Program-made: the position numbers and the translations under genes
Shown: piece after piece, positions 39,113 through 51,659 of the stretch
Position numbering within the stretch: position 1 is the stretch's first letter
How the letters are laid out: each line of letters starts with the position of its first letter
Notes under the pieces: generated by a model
The model's database searches: none
What the model was told of the DNA's origin: nothing
Seen by the model: the letters and a program-made list of their open reading frames with translations, nothing else
From: Octopus vulgaris
Taxonomy: Eukaryota
Direction: 5' to 3'
DNA length: 64,000 nucleotides
Assembly (NCBI GenBank): GCA_951406725.2
Contig: OX597817.1
Coordinates: 42,470,001 to 42,534,000 of the forward strand

Positions 39113-40390
39113 GCAACGTTTCTCAACCGGGGTTCCCCAGAACCCTAGGGTTCCATAAAAGGTTCCTAGGAGTTACAAGAGAAAGTGTGAGATAAGCTAA
39201 TGTTAATTTCATGATCATAATATTACTATACATGCACAACATATTGGTTATTGTAATATTGTAATATAAACATCATCCTATCTAATCAATTATGTTATCA
39301 AAAAAATATAACAGCCATGCCACAACCTCGTTTAGGCTTAGAAGCCCTTCCTGTTTGTTTTCACTGTCCTGTTTGTGTCACCAATTTTGACCCTCCGCAA
39401 AATCCCAAATTTTATTTAGTTTGCTTTGTGGGAGCAACTGTTTTATCAAAAGCATATATTGTTGTTAAATGCTCGAAATAAGAGAGTAGAAAAACAGCCA
39501 ACAACTGATGAAGGATCGTTCTGTATGTTGTTTGTTTTGTTTTCCTTTTGTGTCTTTTGTTGTTCGAAAAATAGTTCATATTGCTTGTTGTTGTACTTTG
39601 TATTTTGCTAAAATTGCTGTTTCTTTTCAGTTATCATCAGAAAAAGGTTGTTTATACTTTTATCATACCAGGCAACTACAAGTTACAACGCGTTGGTGGC
39701 CGCTTGTACACTTGTCTGAAACTCTGACACCACCGGCTGACAGCTTGACTGTGTTGATGGTGTACGCTTCGATTGTTACTTGCGATTTAAAATTTGTTTA
39801 ACAACACTTTGAGTGAGTGTTTTTGTTTTGTAACCCTTTGCGAAGTAATGGCAGACAATAGTGTGTACAAAAAGAGAAAGTGGTACACCCAAAATTTCAA
39901 GAAGTCGTGGCTGGAGGACGCTGAGCTTAAAGATTGGTTATGGCAAGATGATAAAAATCCTGATACCTGCTACTGCATTTGTTGCAATGCTGTGTTGAAA
40001 AATGCTAACAAATCAATGCTGTTAGCTCATAAAAACACTGCTAAACACAAGAAAGCTTTTGATTGTGCGAAAACTGTTATTAAATTAGATTCATTTATTG
40101 TTTAAAAAACAGATGATACATTAAATGAAAAAATGGCAAAGATAGACTTGCTACTAATACACTATGTTGCTGAACATCACATACCTTTCATCCATATAAA
40201 TCACTTTGCTGAAATTTGTAAAAAGAACTTCCCCAATAGAGACATAGCTAAAAATCTACAAATGGAAAAAAAAACAAAATTAACATACGTTATGCAAGAC
40301 GGAATTGCACATTATGGACGAAATGAAATCTTAGAAATTCTCAAGAAACAAAGGCTTTTGTTATTGATAGATGAGAGTATGGATTATTAA
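39113..40390 (+). mobile_element. hAT transposon 5' part with zinc-finger transposase pseudogene (coding about 39848-40390)
   Basis: Terminus CAACGTTTCTCAACCGGGGTTCC (second copy at 53953-54058); WL..CYCICC..H.NTAKH zinc finger; VAEHHIPF..FP..IAK; LLIDES first catalytic Asp; stop at 40103-40105. Confidence 0.85.
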
Positions 40391-40522
40391 TTTTTTAGTA
40401 AAGCCTAGTATTTATTCTATTGGATTATTTGGCTGAACTGGGGGTTGTAAACACACCAACACTGGTTATCAAGCAGTGATGGGACAAACACATGTACAAA
40501 GACATTCACTCACTCACACACA

Positions 40523-40571
<49 letters not shown>

Positions 40572-40600
40572 ACACACATAATAAGAATGGTTTCTTTTAG

Positions 40601-40838
40601 TTTCCTACTTCTTTATTGCCCACAAGGGGCTACACACAGAGGGGGCAAACAAAAACAGACAAAGGGATTAAGTCGATTACATCGACTCCAGTGCGTAACT
40701 GGTACTTAATTTATCGACCCCGAAAGGATGAAAGGCAAAGTTGACCTCGGTGGAATTTGAACTCAGAAGGTAACAGCAAACGAAATACTGCTAAGCATTT
40801 CACCCGGCGTGCTAATGTTTCTGCCAGCTTGCTGCCTT
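40601..40838 (-). mobile_element. SINE family B nested in a family A SINE (about 40400-41009)
   Basis: Consensus match; AAGAATGGYTTCTTTT flanks both sides (about 40583 and 40846). Confidence 0.8.
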
Positions 40839-41898
40839 AACTAAAAGAATGGCTTCTTTTTGTTTCCATCTAACAAATCCATTCACAAGGCTTTGGTCAA
40901 CCCAAGGCTGTAGTAGAAGACACTTACCCGAGATGCCATGCAATGGGACTGAACCCAGTATTGTGTGGTTGAAAAGCAAACTTCTTACCACACAGCCCCA
41001 GCTGCGCCTATACTTCTTCAGAGCCAAGAAATACTTTGTCACCCCCTACAAAGCTTTGTTTGGACCCAAAGTAGACTACTGCTCACACGCTTGGATAATG
41101 CAGCTGCTACTTATACAAACCACAAGCATTATAGATCACATCTAAAACACAGCATCATTCAACAGATAGACAAATATTCGCTCACCATTATGCTTCAACC
41201 ACTGACTCACAAATACACTATCCAGCATTATATAAGGGTGGATGGGAGTAGTTGGAAAAAAGGTAAAGACAGTGGTGACAGGGTGCCAGAGGGAACATCT
41301 ATGGTAAAAGCATCCCAAACCATCACTGCACTTATAGTAATCAGAAAACGGTTTAAGAATCAAAGAGGTGAATATTTTGATACTGCCAATTCTTTACAAA
41401 ATATTTCCATCCTCTATTATACAGAGAATTATTTCAAGAGAGAGGGAGAATGAGAAAAAGAAAAAATATTTAATACAATTCAGATACTTCAATGTTTCTT
41501 CTGCCAGTACAAATATTTTGTAACATATTTTCAATATTCTGATTATCCGCTCCTAATTCAATAAAGGTTGAACCAACACATAAAACATTTTCATAGACTT
41601 ATTTAGGAATAATCTATACTGTATTGGCATATCAAACTTTAAGATGACAGTGTGGAACAACATTTACATTCAGTCTCCTTCCTTCTATTCACGTTTTCAA
41701 TGTTTTCTTGTCATATGATATCACTTATGGTGAGAAAAAGAAGAAAATGTCTATAAAAAATTTTGGTTTCATTTTTATTGTTAATTATATATTTCTCAGT
41801 AAAGACCCACCCGTCTCATGTACATATCTAAATCTCGTGTGTGTGTGTGTGAGAGTGTGTGCATGAATGTATAATGTATATAAGTGTCTATATATATA

Positions 41899-41955
<57 letters not shown>

Positions 41956-43367
41956 ATATATATGTATAGATATGTATGTATATATGTGTATGTATGTATG
42001 TATGTATGTATGTATGTTTGTTTGTATGTATGTATGTTTGTGTGTGTCTCTAAATATATACATGTATGCATATGTATGTATATCATAGGTGTGTGTACAT
42101 GTGTATGTGTATATTTGTGTATTAGAAAACAGCAACATTATCCCAAAAAAAAATCTTTGAATAGACCTGAAATTCCATTAATGGCCACCAGTATGAATCA
42201 TTTTGATTCATTGAAGAATATTTCTTTTCTTTTTTTCTACTTTCCTTTCCATTTCGTAATATATTTAATGGCAACGCAAATTTTGCTCTTTCACTGGTCT
42301 ATTTTCTGATTTTATCAAAGGTTTCCTATTTTAAATGACCATCTTTTTAAAATGATAAAATGAGTAGCTAAAACTAAATTATAAGTCATCTTTGAATCTA
42401 TATTCAACTAATGTAATGGTTTTCAAAGATTTTAGACTGCAGAACATTACAAGTTTTATTTTAGATTTTTTTTATGCAACAACCTTCCAATTCCTTATCC
42501 TTCTATCTTAAGGAACACGAGTATAACCATTAATGTGGTCAAATTCATCAAGAGATTATTTTCAACAAACACTAATCTACTTTTTATAAAACTATCAATT
42601 TGTTCTCTTACCAATAAACTAAATTAGTAGCTATATTTTAATTATGATGTTACTTAAATTAACAATATTTCTACAAAACTGTTTGCCTACATTGTGTACA
42701 TATATTTATAAATTGCACGTTTTTATGGAAATAGTTTTTACAGTGTAACTTTCAATAATGTCATCTATTTATTGTCCATTTTTCATTTGTGTATTAGTTT
42801 CATTGGACAAAACATTGTATTTATAATAATAAAATGTCTATAGATTCCAAAAACAATTTAACCCTCCAATATGGTCGCTATAAAATCATTAATACCTTTT
42901 ATTAAAACCATCTTTTGCTGTGTTTACTTGAATTCCAGACAAAACCTTAGCTACATAGAACAGTGTTTTTTATAAGATTAATTCATAACTCATCAAAAGA
43001 AATTTTAATAATTAGCTTTAACAGATTGCAATTAATAAACTTTTCAGTCGTCTTTTGAAGTAGCTCCCCCATTTCCTTTAGACTGGTTTCCATTTGTTTT
43101 GTTTTGTTTTTTTTTTATTTTGGTTTTTGGTTTTTGTTTTGTTTTTTGTTTTGCTTTGTTTTGTTTTGATTTTTGTGTGTCTGAAGATATTTCAAAAGGA
43201 GGTTTGGTAGATTAGAGAGAAATTGCTGTTATCTTAAATCCATTTACTTTATTCTTCCACTTCAAAATACTCTAAGAACTGTTCTAAATTTGGAACTTCT
43301 CTAAACAGACATTCTGTCCAATCTTATAGAAACTACTTTTTAGAATTCAATACATTCCAGTACTTAC

Positions 43368-43469
43368 GAAATGATCCGCTTTTCCTTTCTTATTTTCGTT
43401 TCTATTTTTTGCCTTTTTTATTTACCATGGAAGGGTCACTGTTCACAGTCTAAAAAAAACAGCTGTGGA
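43368..43469 (-). other. Candidate non-coding (UTR/lncRNA) exon, 102 nt
   Basis: Acceptor atatttttctcatgttatctctttctttcag| and donor |gtaagta; stops in all three frames. Confidence 0.4.
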
Positions 43470-43648
43470 CTGAAAGAAAGAGATAACATGAGAAAAATAT
43501 GGCTAGGAATATCATTCTAGAGGGATGTTTTTTCTGTAGAAAAAGATTATATGTGATCAGAGATATTTGACAATGAAGATGAACAGAAAAGATACAAAAG
43601 TTTTGCTTTATGGAGAAAATTCAACATCTGTAGAATAGACTAAGAGGG

Positions 43649-43787
43649 TACAGTTCTATATTTAAGAGATGGGGAATTCTGTACATTATTTACATTCGAC
43701 AGATATTTGTCCATATATGCCCACGGGCATATGGCGTAGTGGTTAAGAGAGCGGGCTACTAACTCCAAGATTCCGAGTTTGATTCCA
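43649..43787. mobile_element. Palindromic tRNA-head/hammerhead element, internally deleted copy 2
   Basis: Inverted element 3' end (CAGTTCTATATTTAA..GTACATTATTTACATT), centre ATATGCCCACGGGCATAT, tRNA head TGGCGTAGTGGTTAAGAG..GAGTTTGATTCC. Confidence 0.75.
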
Positions 43788-43804
43788 ACATCAACATCAT
43801 CATC

Positions 43805-44949
43805 ATGTCTGTTGTTTCAAAATGTCTGTTGTTTCAAAATGTTTGTTGTTTCAAAATGTCTGTTGTTTCAAAATGTCTGTTGTTTCAAAATACTTGTTGT
43901 TTCAAATTGTCTGTTGTTCAAAATGTCTGTTGTTTCAAAAATGTCTGTTGTTTCAAAATGTCTGTTGTTTCAAAATGTCTGTTATTTTAAAATGTTTGTT
44001 GTTTTAAATTGTCTGTTGTTTCAAAATGTCTGTTGTTTCAAAATGTCTGTTGTTTCAAAATGTCTGTTGTTTCAAAAATGTCTGTTGTTTCAAAATGCCT
44101 GTTGTTCAAAATGTCTGTTGTTTCAAAATGTCTGTTGTTTCAAAATGTTTGTTGTTTCAAAATGTTTGTTGTTTCAAAATGTCTGTTGTTCAAATAGTCA
44201 GTTGTTTCAAAATGTCTGTTGTTTCAAAATGTCTGTTGTTCAAATTGTCTGTTGTTTCAAAATGTCTGTTGTTCAAAATGTCTGTTGTTTCAAGAATGTC
44301 TGTTGTTTCAAAATGTCTATTGTTCAAATTGTCTGTTGTTTCAAAATGTCTGTTGTTTCAAAATGTTTGTTGTTTCAAAATGTCTGTTGTTTCAAAATGT
44401 CTGTTGTTTCAAAATGTCTGTTGTTTCAAAATGTCTGTTGTTTCAAAAATGTCTGTTGTTTCAACATGCCTGTTGTTCAAAATGTCTGTTATTTCAAAAA
44501 TGTCTGTTGTTTCAAAATGTTTGTTGTTTCAAAATGTTTGTTGTTTCAAAATGTCTGTTTTTCAAAATGTCTGTTGTTTCAAAAATGTCTGTTGTTTCAA
44601 AATGCCTGTTGTTCAAAATGTCTGTTGTTTCAAAAATGTCTGTTGTTTCAAAATGTTTGTTGTTTCAAAATGTTTGTTGTTTCAAAATGTCTGTTGTTTC
44701 AAAATGTCTGTTGTTTCAAAATATTTGTTGTTTCAAATTGTCTGTTGTTCAAAATGTCTGTTGTTTCAAAATGTCTGTTGTTCAAAATGTCTGTTGTTTC
44801 AAGAATGTCTGTTGTTTCAAAATGTCTGTTGTTCAAATTGTCTGTTGTTTCAAAATGTCTGTTGTTTCAAAATGTCTGTTGTTCAAATTGTCAGTTGTTT
44901 CAAAATGTCTGTTGTTTCAAAATGTTTGTTGTTCAAAATGTCTGTTGTT
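43805..44949. repeat. 17-bp minisatellite (AAAATGTCTGTTGTTTC)n, about 67 units
   Basis: Contiguous tandem units with 16- and 18-bp variants; no spacers. Confidence 0.97.
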
Positions 44950-45014
44950 AGAATGCTGTTTCCACATTTAAGATAGTGCAACTGTTCCACAAACAAGCTT
45001 TCCAAAGCACATCC

Positions 45015-45285
45015 TCATAAAAGCCACTCAACTGATTGGCATGGAATCATGAGTCTCTCATCATTACACTGAGTGTGAAAAGATGTTTCCAAAAGTCTTG
45101 GCTGCCATGTTGGTTTTTTGATTTGATTTCATAAGCATTCCATGAGTTTTAGACAAATGGAACTCAAGGTGCCCAAGGTTGTTATTGGAAAGATGATGGA
45201 TAATCTTGTGGGTGTCTACCAAGTCAGTTGCCAGATGGTGGAGATTTAATGTGTCCATGTCCAGTGAAACAAGATGTTCAGAGCA
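45015..45285 (-). mobile_element. CR1-group LINE 3' fragment
   Basis: MDTLNL..LATDLVDTHKIIHHL..FSHSV; related piece at about 48700-48870 (+). Confidence 0.6.
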
Positions 45286-45896
45286 TGGTTTCTATGACTG
45301 GTAGCCTTCCCAACACCAACCACTTTTTACAGATTGTACTGGGTAGACTTTATCATGGAACCAGATTCCCATGCTCTTTATTTAACTAAAGGGTCCTCTC
45401 AACCCTATGCTTTCTCTGCTCACTTGATTGACAACATATACTAAGTGTATTTTAATGTAGCACCAGCACTAATGAGGTGCTGTTTTCTTTACTTCTTCTG
45501 CCACTACTACAATGGCCAATGCTCCTCAGAGCTAGCTAGCTATAGATTATCTTCCCTAAAGCAGCTATCTGTGGAGGTGTGTAGCCTAATGGTTAGGGTG
45601 TTGGACCTGTTAGAGGGTGACAGAGTGGAGATAACAGAAGAGACAGAGACAGGAAAAGAAAACATTATTGCCAAAGTTTTGTGGGAGTTTTTCTTAAACG
45701 ACTCATTTTCTATTCACTTCCTGTGTCTTATTCTATGTGCTGTATACAATAAGTTCATTGAGACATCAAAGTGAGAGGTGGTCCTTCAACTCATCAAGAA
45801 GGGCAAGCAGTCGTCAAATATAATCTAACTCAACTCGAATGATTATCCAACTCATGGTGGCATATAAAATGGACATAATACAAAAAGGATGAGGAA

Positions 45897-46063
45897 GCGC
45901 AGGAGTGGCTGTGTGGTAAGTAGCTTGCTTACCAACCACATGGTTCCGGGTTCAGTCTCACTGCGTGGCACCTTGGGCAACCTCTGGCCAACCAAAGGAT
46001 TTGGTAGATGGAAACTGAAAGAAGCCCGTCGTATATATGTGTATATATATGTGTGTGTGTTTG

Positions 46064-46098
<35 letters not shown>

Positions 46099-46322
46099 GT
46101 GTTTGTGTGTCTGTGTTTGACCCCCAACATCGCTTGACAACCGATGCTGGTGTGCTTATGTCCCTGTAACTTAGCAGTTCGGCAAAAGAGAACCAATAGA
46201 ATATGTACTAGGCTTACAAAGAATGAGTCCTGAGGTCGATTTGCTCGACTAAAGGCGGTGCTCCAACATGGCCACAATCAAATGACTGAAACAAGTAAAA
46301 GAGAGTAAAGAGTAAAGAGTAA
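45897..46322 (+). mobile_element. SINE family A
   Basis: Consensus match with a small internal deletion. Confidence 0.9.
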
Positions 46323-46819
46323 GAAGGATGACATATAGATAAACACACACATACATACACACATGCACATACACATATATACGCATGTATATATATGCAT
46401 GTGAATATGTGAACATGCATGTGTGTGTGTGTGTGTGCATGTGTGTGAGTGTGTAGGTGTATATATGGATATTAACACTGCCAAAAATATCAAAACCTGG
46501 TACACTTTGAACAAAGCTCCTTTTGATATTTGTTCTGCACAAAAATACAGATACTTCCTTGCACATTTGTCATCAGAAATGAAGTAAGCCGATGATTGAC
46601 TTGTTAGGAACTTATAACTAATGACTCTATTATTCGCCATTTGCAGTATAAAATAGAAATAAATAACTAGCTCTAGACAACAAAATGTTCAATTTATTAA
46701 AAGCCAATTATATTTTGACTGGCTGTCTTTAATTCCAGCTAATCTATAAAACTGCAGCTTTGTGACTTCTTTGAAAAAGAAGCAAAATGTTTCTGGTTCC
46801 ATCCAGTCAATATATAAAT

Positions 46820-46856
46820 AGATAGAGAGAGAGAGAGAGAGGTAGGTAGGTAGGTG

Positions 46857-46914
<58 letters not shown>

Positions 46915-46985
46915 CAGATATATAGACAGACAGGCAGACAGATAGATAGATACATACATACATAGACAAACAGACAGACAGACAA

Positions 46986-47022
<37 letters not shown>

Positions 47023-47083
47023 TAGATAGATAGACAAACAGACAGACAGATAGATAGACAGACAAGCAGAGAGACAGACAGAC

Positions 47084-47162
<79 letters not shown>

Positions 47163-47216
47163 CAGACATACATATAATATAATTGGTGTAGACAGGTTTA
47201 TATATGTGCCTGTGTA

Positions 47217-47286
<70 letters not shown>

Positions 47287-47324
47287 TGTATGTATATATG
47301 TGTGTATGTATATGTGTATGTATG

Positions 47325-47355
<31 letters not shown>

Positions 47356-47365
47356 GTATGTTTAT
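46820..47365. repeat. (GATA/GACA)n, (TA)n and (TATG)n cluster
   Basis: Direct inspection. Confidence 0.95.
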
Positions 47366-47705
47366 GTGTATGTACGCATACATATAGCTACATCATTAGA
47401 ATTCTTTCTAATTCAAGTAAGTTGTATTAGGATTTAAGTAAAAGTTAAAAATATTCCACCAAACTAATTCAAAAACTTTAATGATTGAATATATCTCAAG
47501 TAATAAAACTACATTTATCCAAACTAGTCTTAATGCCTGCCTTTATAGCGTGAGCAATTAAGATTAAAATAATAGCTTTAGCTCTAGCTTCCAGCCTGTA
47601 TTGATTCTTGCTTCGTACAGATATTTTATAAACTAAGAAGTATAATACGTTGACTTAAAGTCTGTTAGTGTTCATTGTGACATAAAATGGATATATATAT
47701 ATATA

Positions 47706-48054
47706 TCATCATCATCATTATTATCATCATCATTGTTTAATGTCCATTTTCCATGCTAGCATGGATTGGACGGTTCGACCAGAGTCTGGGAAGCCAGGAG
47801 GCTGCACCAGGCTCCAGTCTGATCTGGTAGTGTTTCTACAGCTGGATGCCCTTTCTAACACTAACCACTCTGTGAATGTAGTGGGTGCTTTTTACATGCC
47901 ACTGGCACAGGGGCCAGAGGAGGCTGGCAACATCCACGATCGGGGTTGGTGCTTATTTCGTGCCACCGGCATGGAAGCCAGTCAAGGCGGCACTGGCATT
48001 GGCCATGTTTGGATGGTGCTTTTTATGTGCCCCCAGCACGGGCATCACAACTAC

Positions 48055-48058
<4 letters not shown>
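47706..48058 (-). mobile_element. Family R repeat
   Basis: Reverse complement of 25935-26273. Confidence 0.85.
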
Positions 48059-48114
<56 letters not shown>

Positions 48115-48367
48115 TATTTTTCTTTGTTATCTTCAGCTATTTGAAAACCGATGGCCAGCCTTTCTTCTGCATTAGAATCATTTAATTTTGGTAGATCTCA
48201 TGGTTTGTAATGTGACACAAACCAGCAGAATATTCTGCTGGTTTGTAATATGACACAAACCAGCAGAATATTCTGTGTTGGAGAAACCATATTTCTAAAA
48301 TCACCAAAGGCTGGGGGTCTTTTAGCATCACTCAGTAAAATCTTTGTCAATTGCTCACCACCCACTC

Positions 48368-48584
48368 ATGGGTGATGAAAAGTTCTTGGTTTTGGGTAAA
48401 AGAAAATACAGGAGGATCAGTTAATTCTGATTTTATTCAACATATTCCCCTCTCAGATTCACACACTTATTGCAGCAATCCTTCAGTTTTTCTAAGCCTT
48501 GTAAAACAAACTCAGAAAGTTGGATCTCAAACTTGGCCTTCCACAATATTCTTAAAGCTAGGAACTTGTCAGCACCCCATCGCA
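48368..48584 (-). mobile_element. Mariner-derived MITE (family M), diverged
   Basis: Homologous to 31029-31255. Confidence 0.75.
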
Positions 48585-48879
48585 TTTATTTAAAACTATA
48601 AATCACCATGGTATGTCCACACTGTTTGGACCACCAGTCCAGGACCATCATCTTGTCAAAAAATATCATTCTGCTGGAAGTTGTCCTGGACATGCAACCA
48701 GACAAATACCCACTGTTAATCACTCACCATATCTTGAATATATTGCTTCTCTGAGCATTGACACACTGAAGTTTTGATGTCTGGCAGCTAACTTGGTAGA
48801 AACCCAACAAAATTTATCTACCATCTTTCTAATGACAATAAATTTGGCCACCCTTTTTAAATTCAATAGCTCTGTCACC

Positions 48880-49233
48880 TACTCTTTTTACTCTCTTTTA
48901 CTTGTTTCAGTCATTTGACTGCAGCCATGCTGGAGCACCACCTTTAGTCAAGCAAATCGACTCCAGGACTTATTCTTTGGAAGACTAGTACTTATTCTAT
49001 CAGTCTCTTTTGCCAAACCGCTAAGTTACGGGGACGTAGACACACCAGCATCGGTTGTCAAGTGATGTTAGGGGGACAAACATATATACGATGGGCTTCT
49101 TTTAGTTTCCATCCAACAAATCCACTCACAAGACTTTGGTCGGCCCGAGGCTATAGTAGAAGACACTTGCCCAAGGTGCCACACAGTGGAACTATGTGGT
49201 TCGTAAGCAAGCTACTTACCACACAGCCACTCC
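48880..49233 (-). mobile_element. SINE family A
   Basis: Consensus match. Confidence 0.9.
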
Positions 49234-50168
49234 AGCGCTTATGTACATGTTTATAAAATCATAAAGCATTGCAACAACCATAACTTTTGGAAACACTTTT
49301 TCATGTTCAGAATTGATGAAGCATGGTATAAACTACCTCCATTAATTGTTAGCTTCAGGATACTGCATCCTTTAGAAAATTGCATTCTTTCCACACTTTG
49401 CCAGCACTACTCTTGATGTGTTCATGCATGTTTCCCTCTTTGTCTCTTTTACTGTTCACTTCTGTCTTATGGTGCTTTATTCTGTGTACTACACAAGTGG
49501 TTGTAGCTTTTCTTGCTGTCTTTCTTTACTTGACTTGTGACTGCTTTCTGTCCTCTCTTTCAACAAATTATTGTGCATTTAAATGCGGTACACAATAATC
49601 TCATTATTATTAGAATTTATTTGTTGATCAGTTCATTTGTTGCCTGATGATCAAGTCAGCTTCTTTGATTATCCCTCTATGAATGTTCATCAATGGCTGC
49701 TTAAACCTATTGACTTCAAAATAAGATCGGTAGAATCTGGGTCCTATTATCTCTAGACCTACACAAACCAATGATGTAACTCCTACATGGCCATTCAACA
49801 TTTCAGAAATAGGAGCCAGATGTCTTTCAAATTACAACTTACTGCCATGAAACTACATTATCCAATCCCCCATGGGCATATTGGATAATATAGTTTTAGA
49901 TATAATGTCTCAGAGAAGAACTCAATGACCCAGCCACCTACCAGCCCATAGGAGGTCCACATCCATCTAAATGACAAAGATTCATTCAGCTTCAAGCAGA
50001 AATTACTGGCTCATAAGAACACTGTCTCTTATCTCTGCCTTCTGTTTCTCATACGTAGCAAGTATTACACCCTTACTCAAATTCTGATGCACCTTTCTCT
50101 CATTAACCCTTCTGTGTTTCATCCTAATGAACCCTACACTAAATTCTTTGCCTAATCAATTCTTCCCC

Positions 50169-50510
50169 AGGCATGACTGTGTGGTAAGAAGTTTGCCTCT
50201 CAAACCGCATGGTTCTGGGTTCCGGGCCAAACAAAGCTTTGTGAGTGGATTTGGTAGATGGAAACTGAAAGGAGCCCATTGTGTGTGTGTGTGTATGTGT
50301 GTGTTTCCCCCACAACCACTTGACAACCGGTGTTGGTGTGTTTATGTCCCTGTAAACTAGTGGTCCAGCAAAAGTAATTGACAGAATAAGTATTAGGCTC
50401 AAAAATAAAAATAAATAAGTACTGGGGTCAATTCATTCAACTAAAAATTTCTTCAAGAAGGTGCTCCAGCATGGCCACAGTCTAATAACTGAAACAAGTA
50501 AAAGATAAAA
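50169..50510 (+). mobile_element. SINE family A, diverged
   Basis: Consensus match with a deletion. Confidence 0.8.
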
Positions 50511-50723
50511 CATATTGGCACCATTCAATTGTCAACCACAAAACCTGACCAGTCTGGAAGGATATGCAAAGCTCAATGGCATTGGCCCTGTCCTCCTTCC
50601 AAAATATTTCTTTTCAAATCTATCAACTGCACTCTCAATCACCATAAAGTAAAAACTGGAAAAAATTGTTTTACAAATCTCACATTTTCTATTTATTTCT
50701 TTCTATCAATTTCAAATTAAATA

Positions 50724-51190
50724 TTTTTGCTAACATAACATGGCAGTCCTGATTTAGAGCGAATGTTGCTGTAATTTAGCCCCAGGAGACATAGTCTCCA
50801 GTTGGCTATAGGACATGATCATAATCATCATCATCATCGTTTAATGTCCGTTTTCAGTGCTAGCACAGGTTGGATGGTTTGACCAGGGTCTGGGAAGCCA
50901 GGAGGCTGCACCAGAATCCAGTCTGATCTGGCAGTGTTTCTACAGCTGGATGCCCTTCCTAACACCAACCACTCCATGAGTGTAGTGGGTGCTTTTTACG
51001 TGCCACTGGCATAGGTGCCAGGGGAGGCTAGCAGCAGCCACAATCGGATTGGTGCTTTCTGTGTACTTATATTTTCGAACATATAAGGACACAGATCATG
51101 TTGTATAGCCAGCTGCAGACGATGTCTCCTGGGGCTAAATTACATCAACATTTGTCCTAAACCAGGACTGCTTTGTTATGTTGGCAAAAA
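50724..51190. mobile_element. MITE with ~97-bp TIRs, interrupted by a family R repeat (about 50821-51065, minus strand)
   Basis: TTTTTGCYAACATAACA..GCAGTCCTG..TAATTTAGCCCCAGGAGACAT mirrored at 51094-51190. Confidence 0.8.
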
Positions 51191-51388
51191 TCTTTACTCC
51201 AAAGAACTGTTGCTGAATATCTCTTGTGAGATTTTAAAATAATTTCAAATTACCTGAAACTTCTTCCAGTTTCCTGAGTATTCAGAGGTAGAGAGATGTT
51301 AACTTTCTATGGGTTAGGAAGAAAATCTATTGAAGATTTTCCTATGGGATTGACTTTTTTCATTAGAATTTCACCAAGAAAAAAAGCA

Positions 51389-51615
51389 TTAACCCTTTTG
51401 TTACTATATTCATTTTGAGATGCTCTGTTTCTTTCAATTAATTTTAAATAAAACAAAGAATTTAGTAAAATAACTTAGTTATCATTAAGCTAGTGTTAAG
51501 AACATAAATTGTGACTAAGGTTTGGTGAAAGATTTTAATTTAGAACTTATGAAAACAAGACATTTGTACTACAGAGCCAGAGGCAGTTTCGAAAGGTTGG
51601 TATCAAAACGATTAA
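51389..51615 (+). mobile_element. piggyBac-type MITE (family P)
   Basis: TTAA-CCCTTTTGTTAC...TTAA; homologous to 22172-22399. Confidence 0.85.
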
Positions 51616-51659
51616 ATCAAATACAGAATATTCTACTATTTAAAATGGTTGTATTTCCT

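Noticed and set aside
39500-39525. CTGATGAAGG as another hammerhead
   Set aside because: No closing stem II or GAAA downstream.
40965-41453. 162-aa ORF
   Set aside because: Starts inside a SINE and passes through a decayed LINE-like piece (PKVDYCSH.W in another frame); no coherent domain.
43779-44976. 390-, 316- and 250-aa Cys-rich ORFs, or a CRISPR-like array
   Set aside because: Pure 17-bp tandem repeat read in all frames; no spacers, no cas genes, eukaryotic context.
46498-46640. MANNRVISYKFLTSQ... as a first coding exon
   Set aside because: Donor CAG|gttttg is weak, no homology recognised, and the ORF runs on into microsatellite and SINE.
51254-51273. 20-nt minus-strand microexon
   Set aside because: Short pyrimidine tract, moderate donor and frame-shifting length; not distinguishable from chance.
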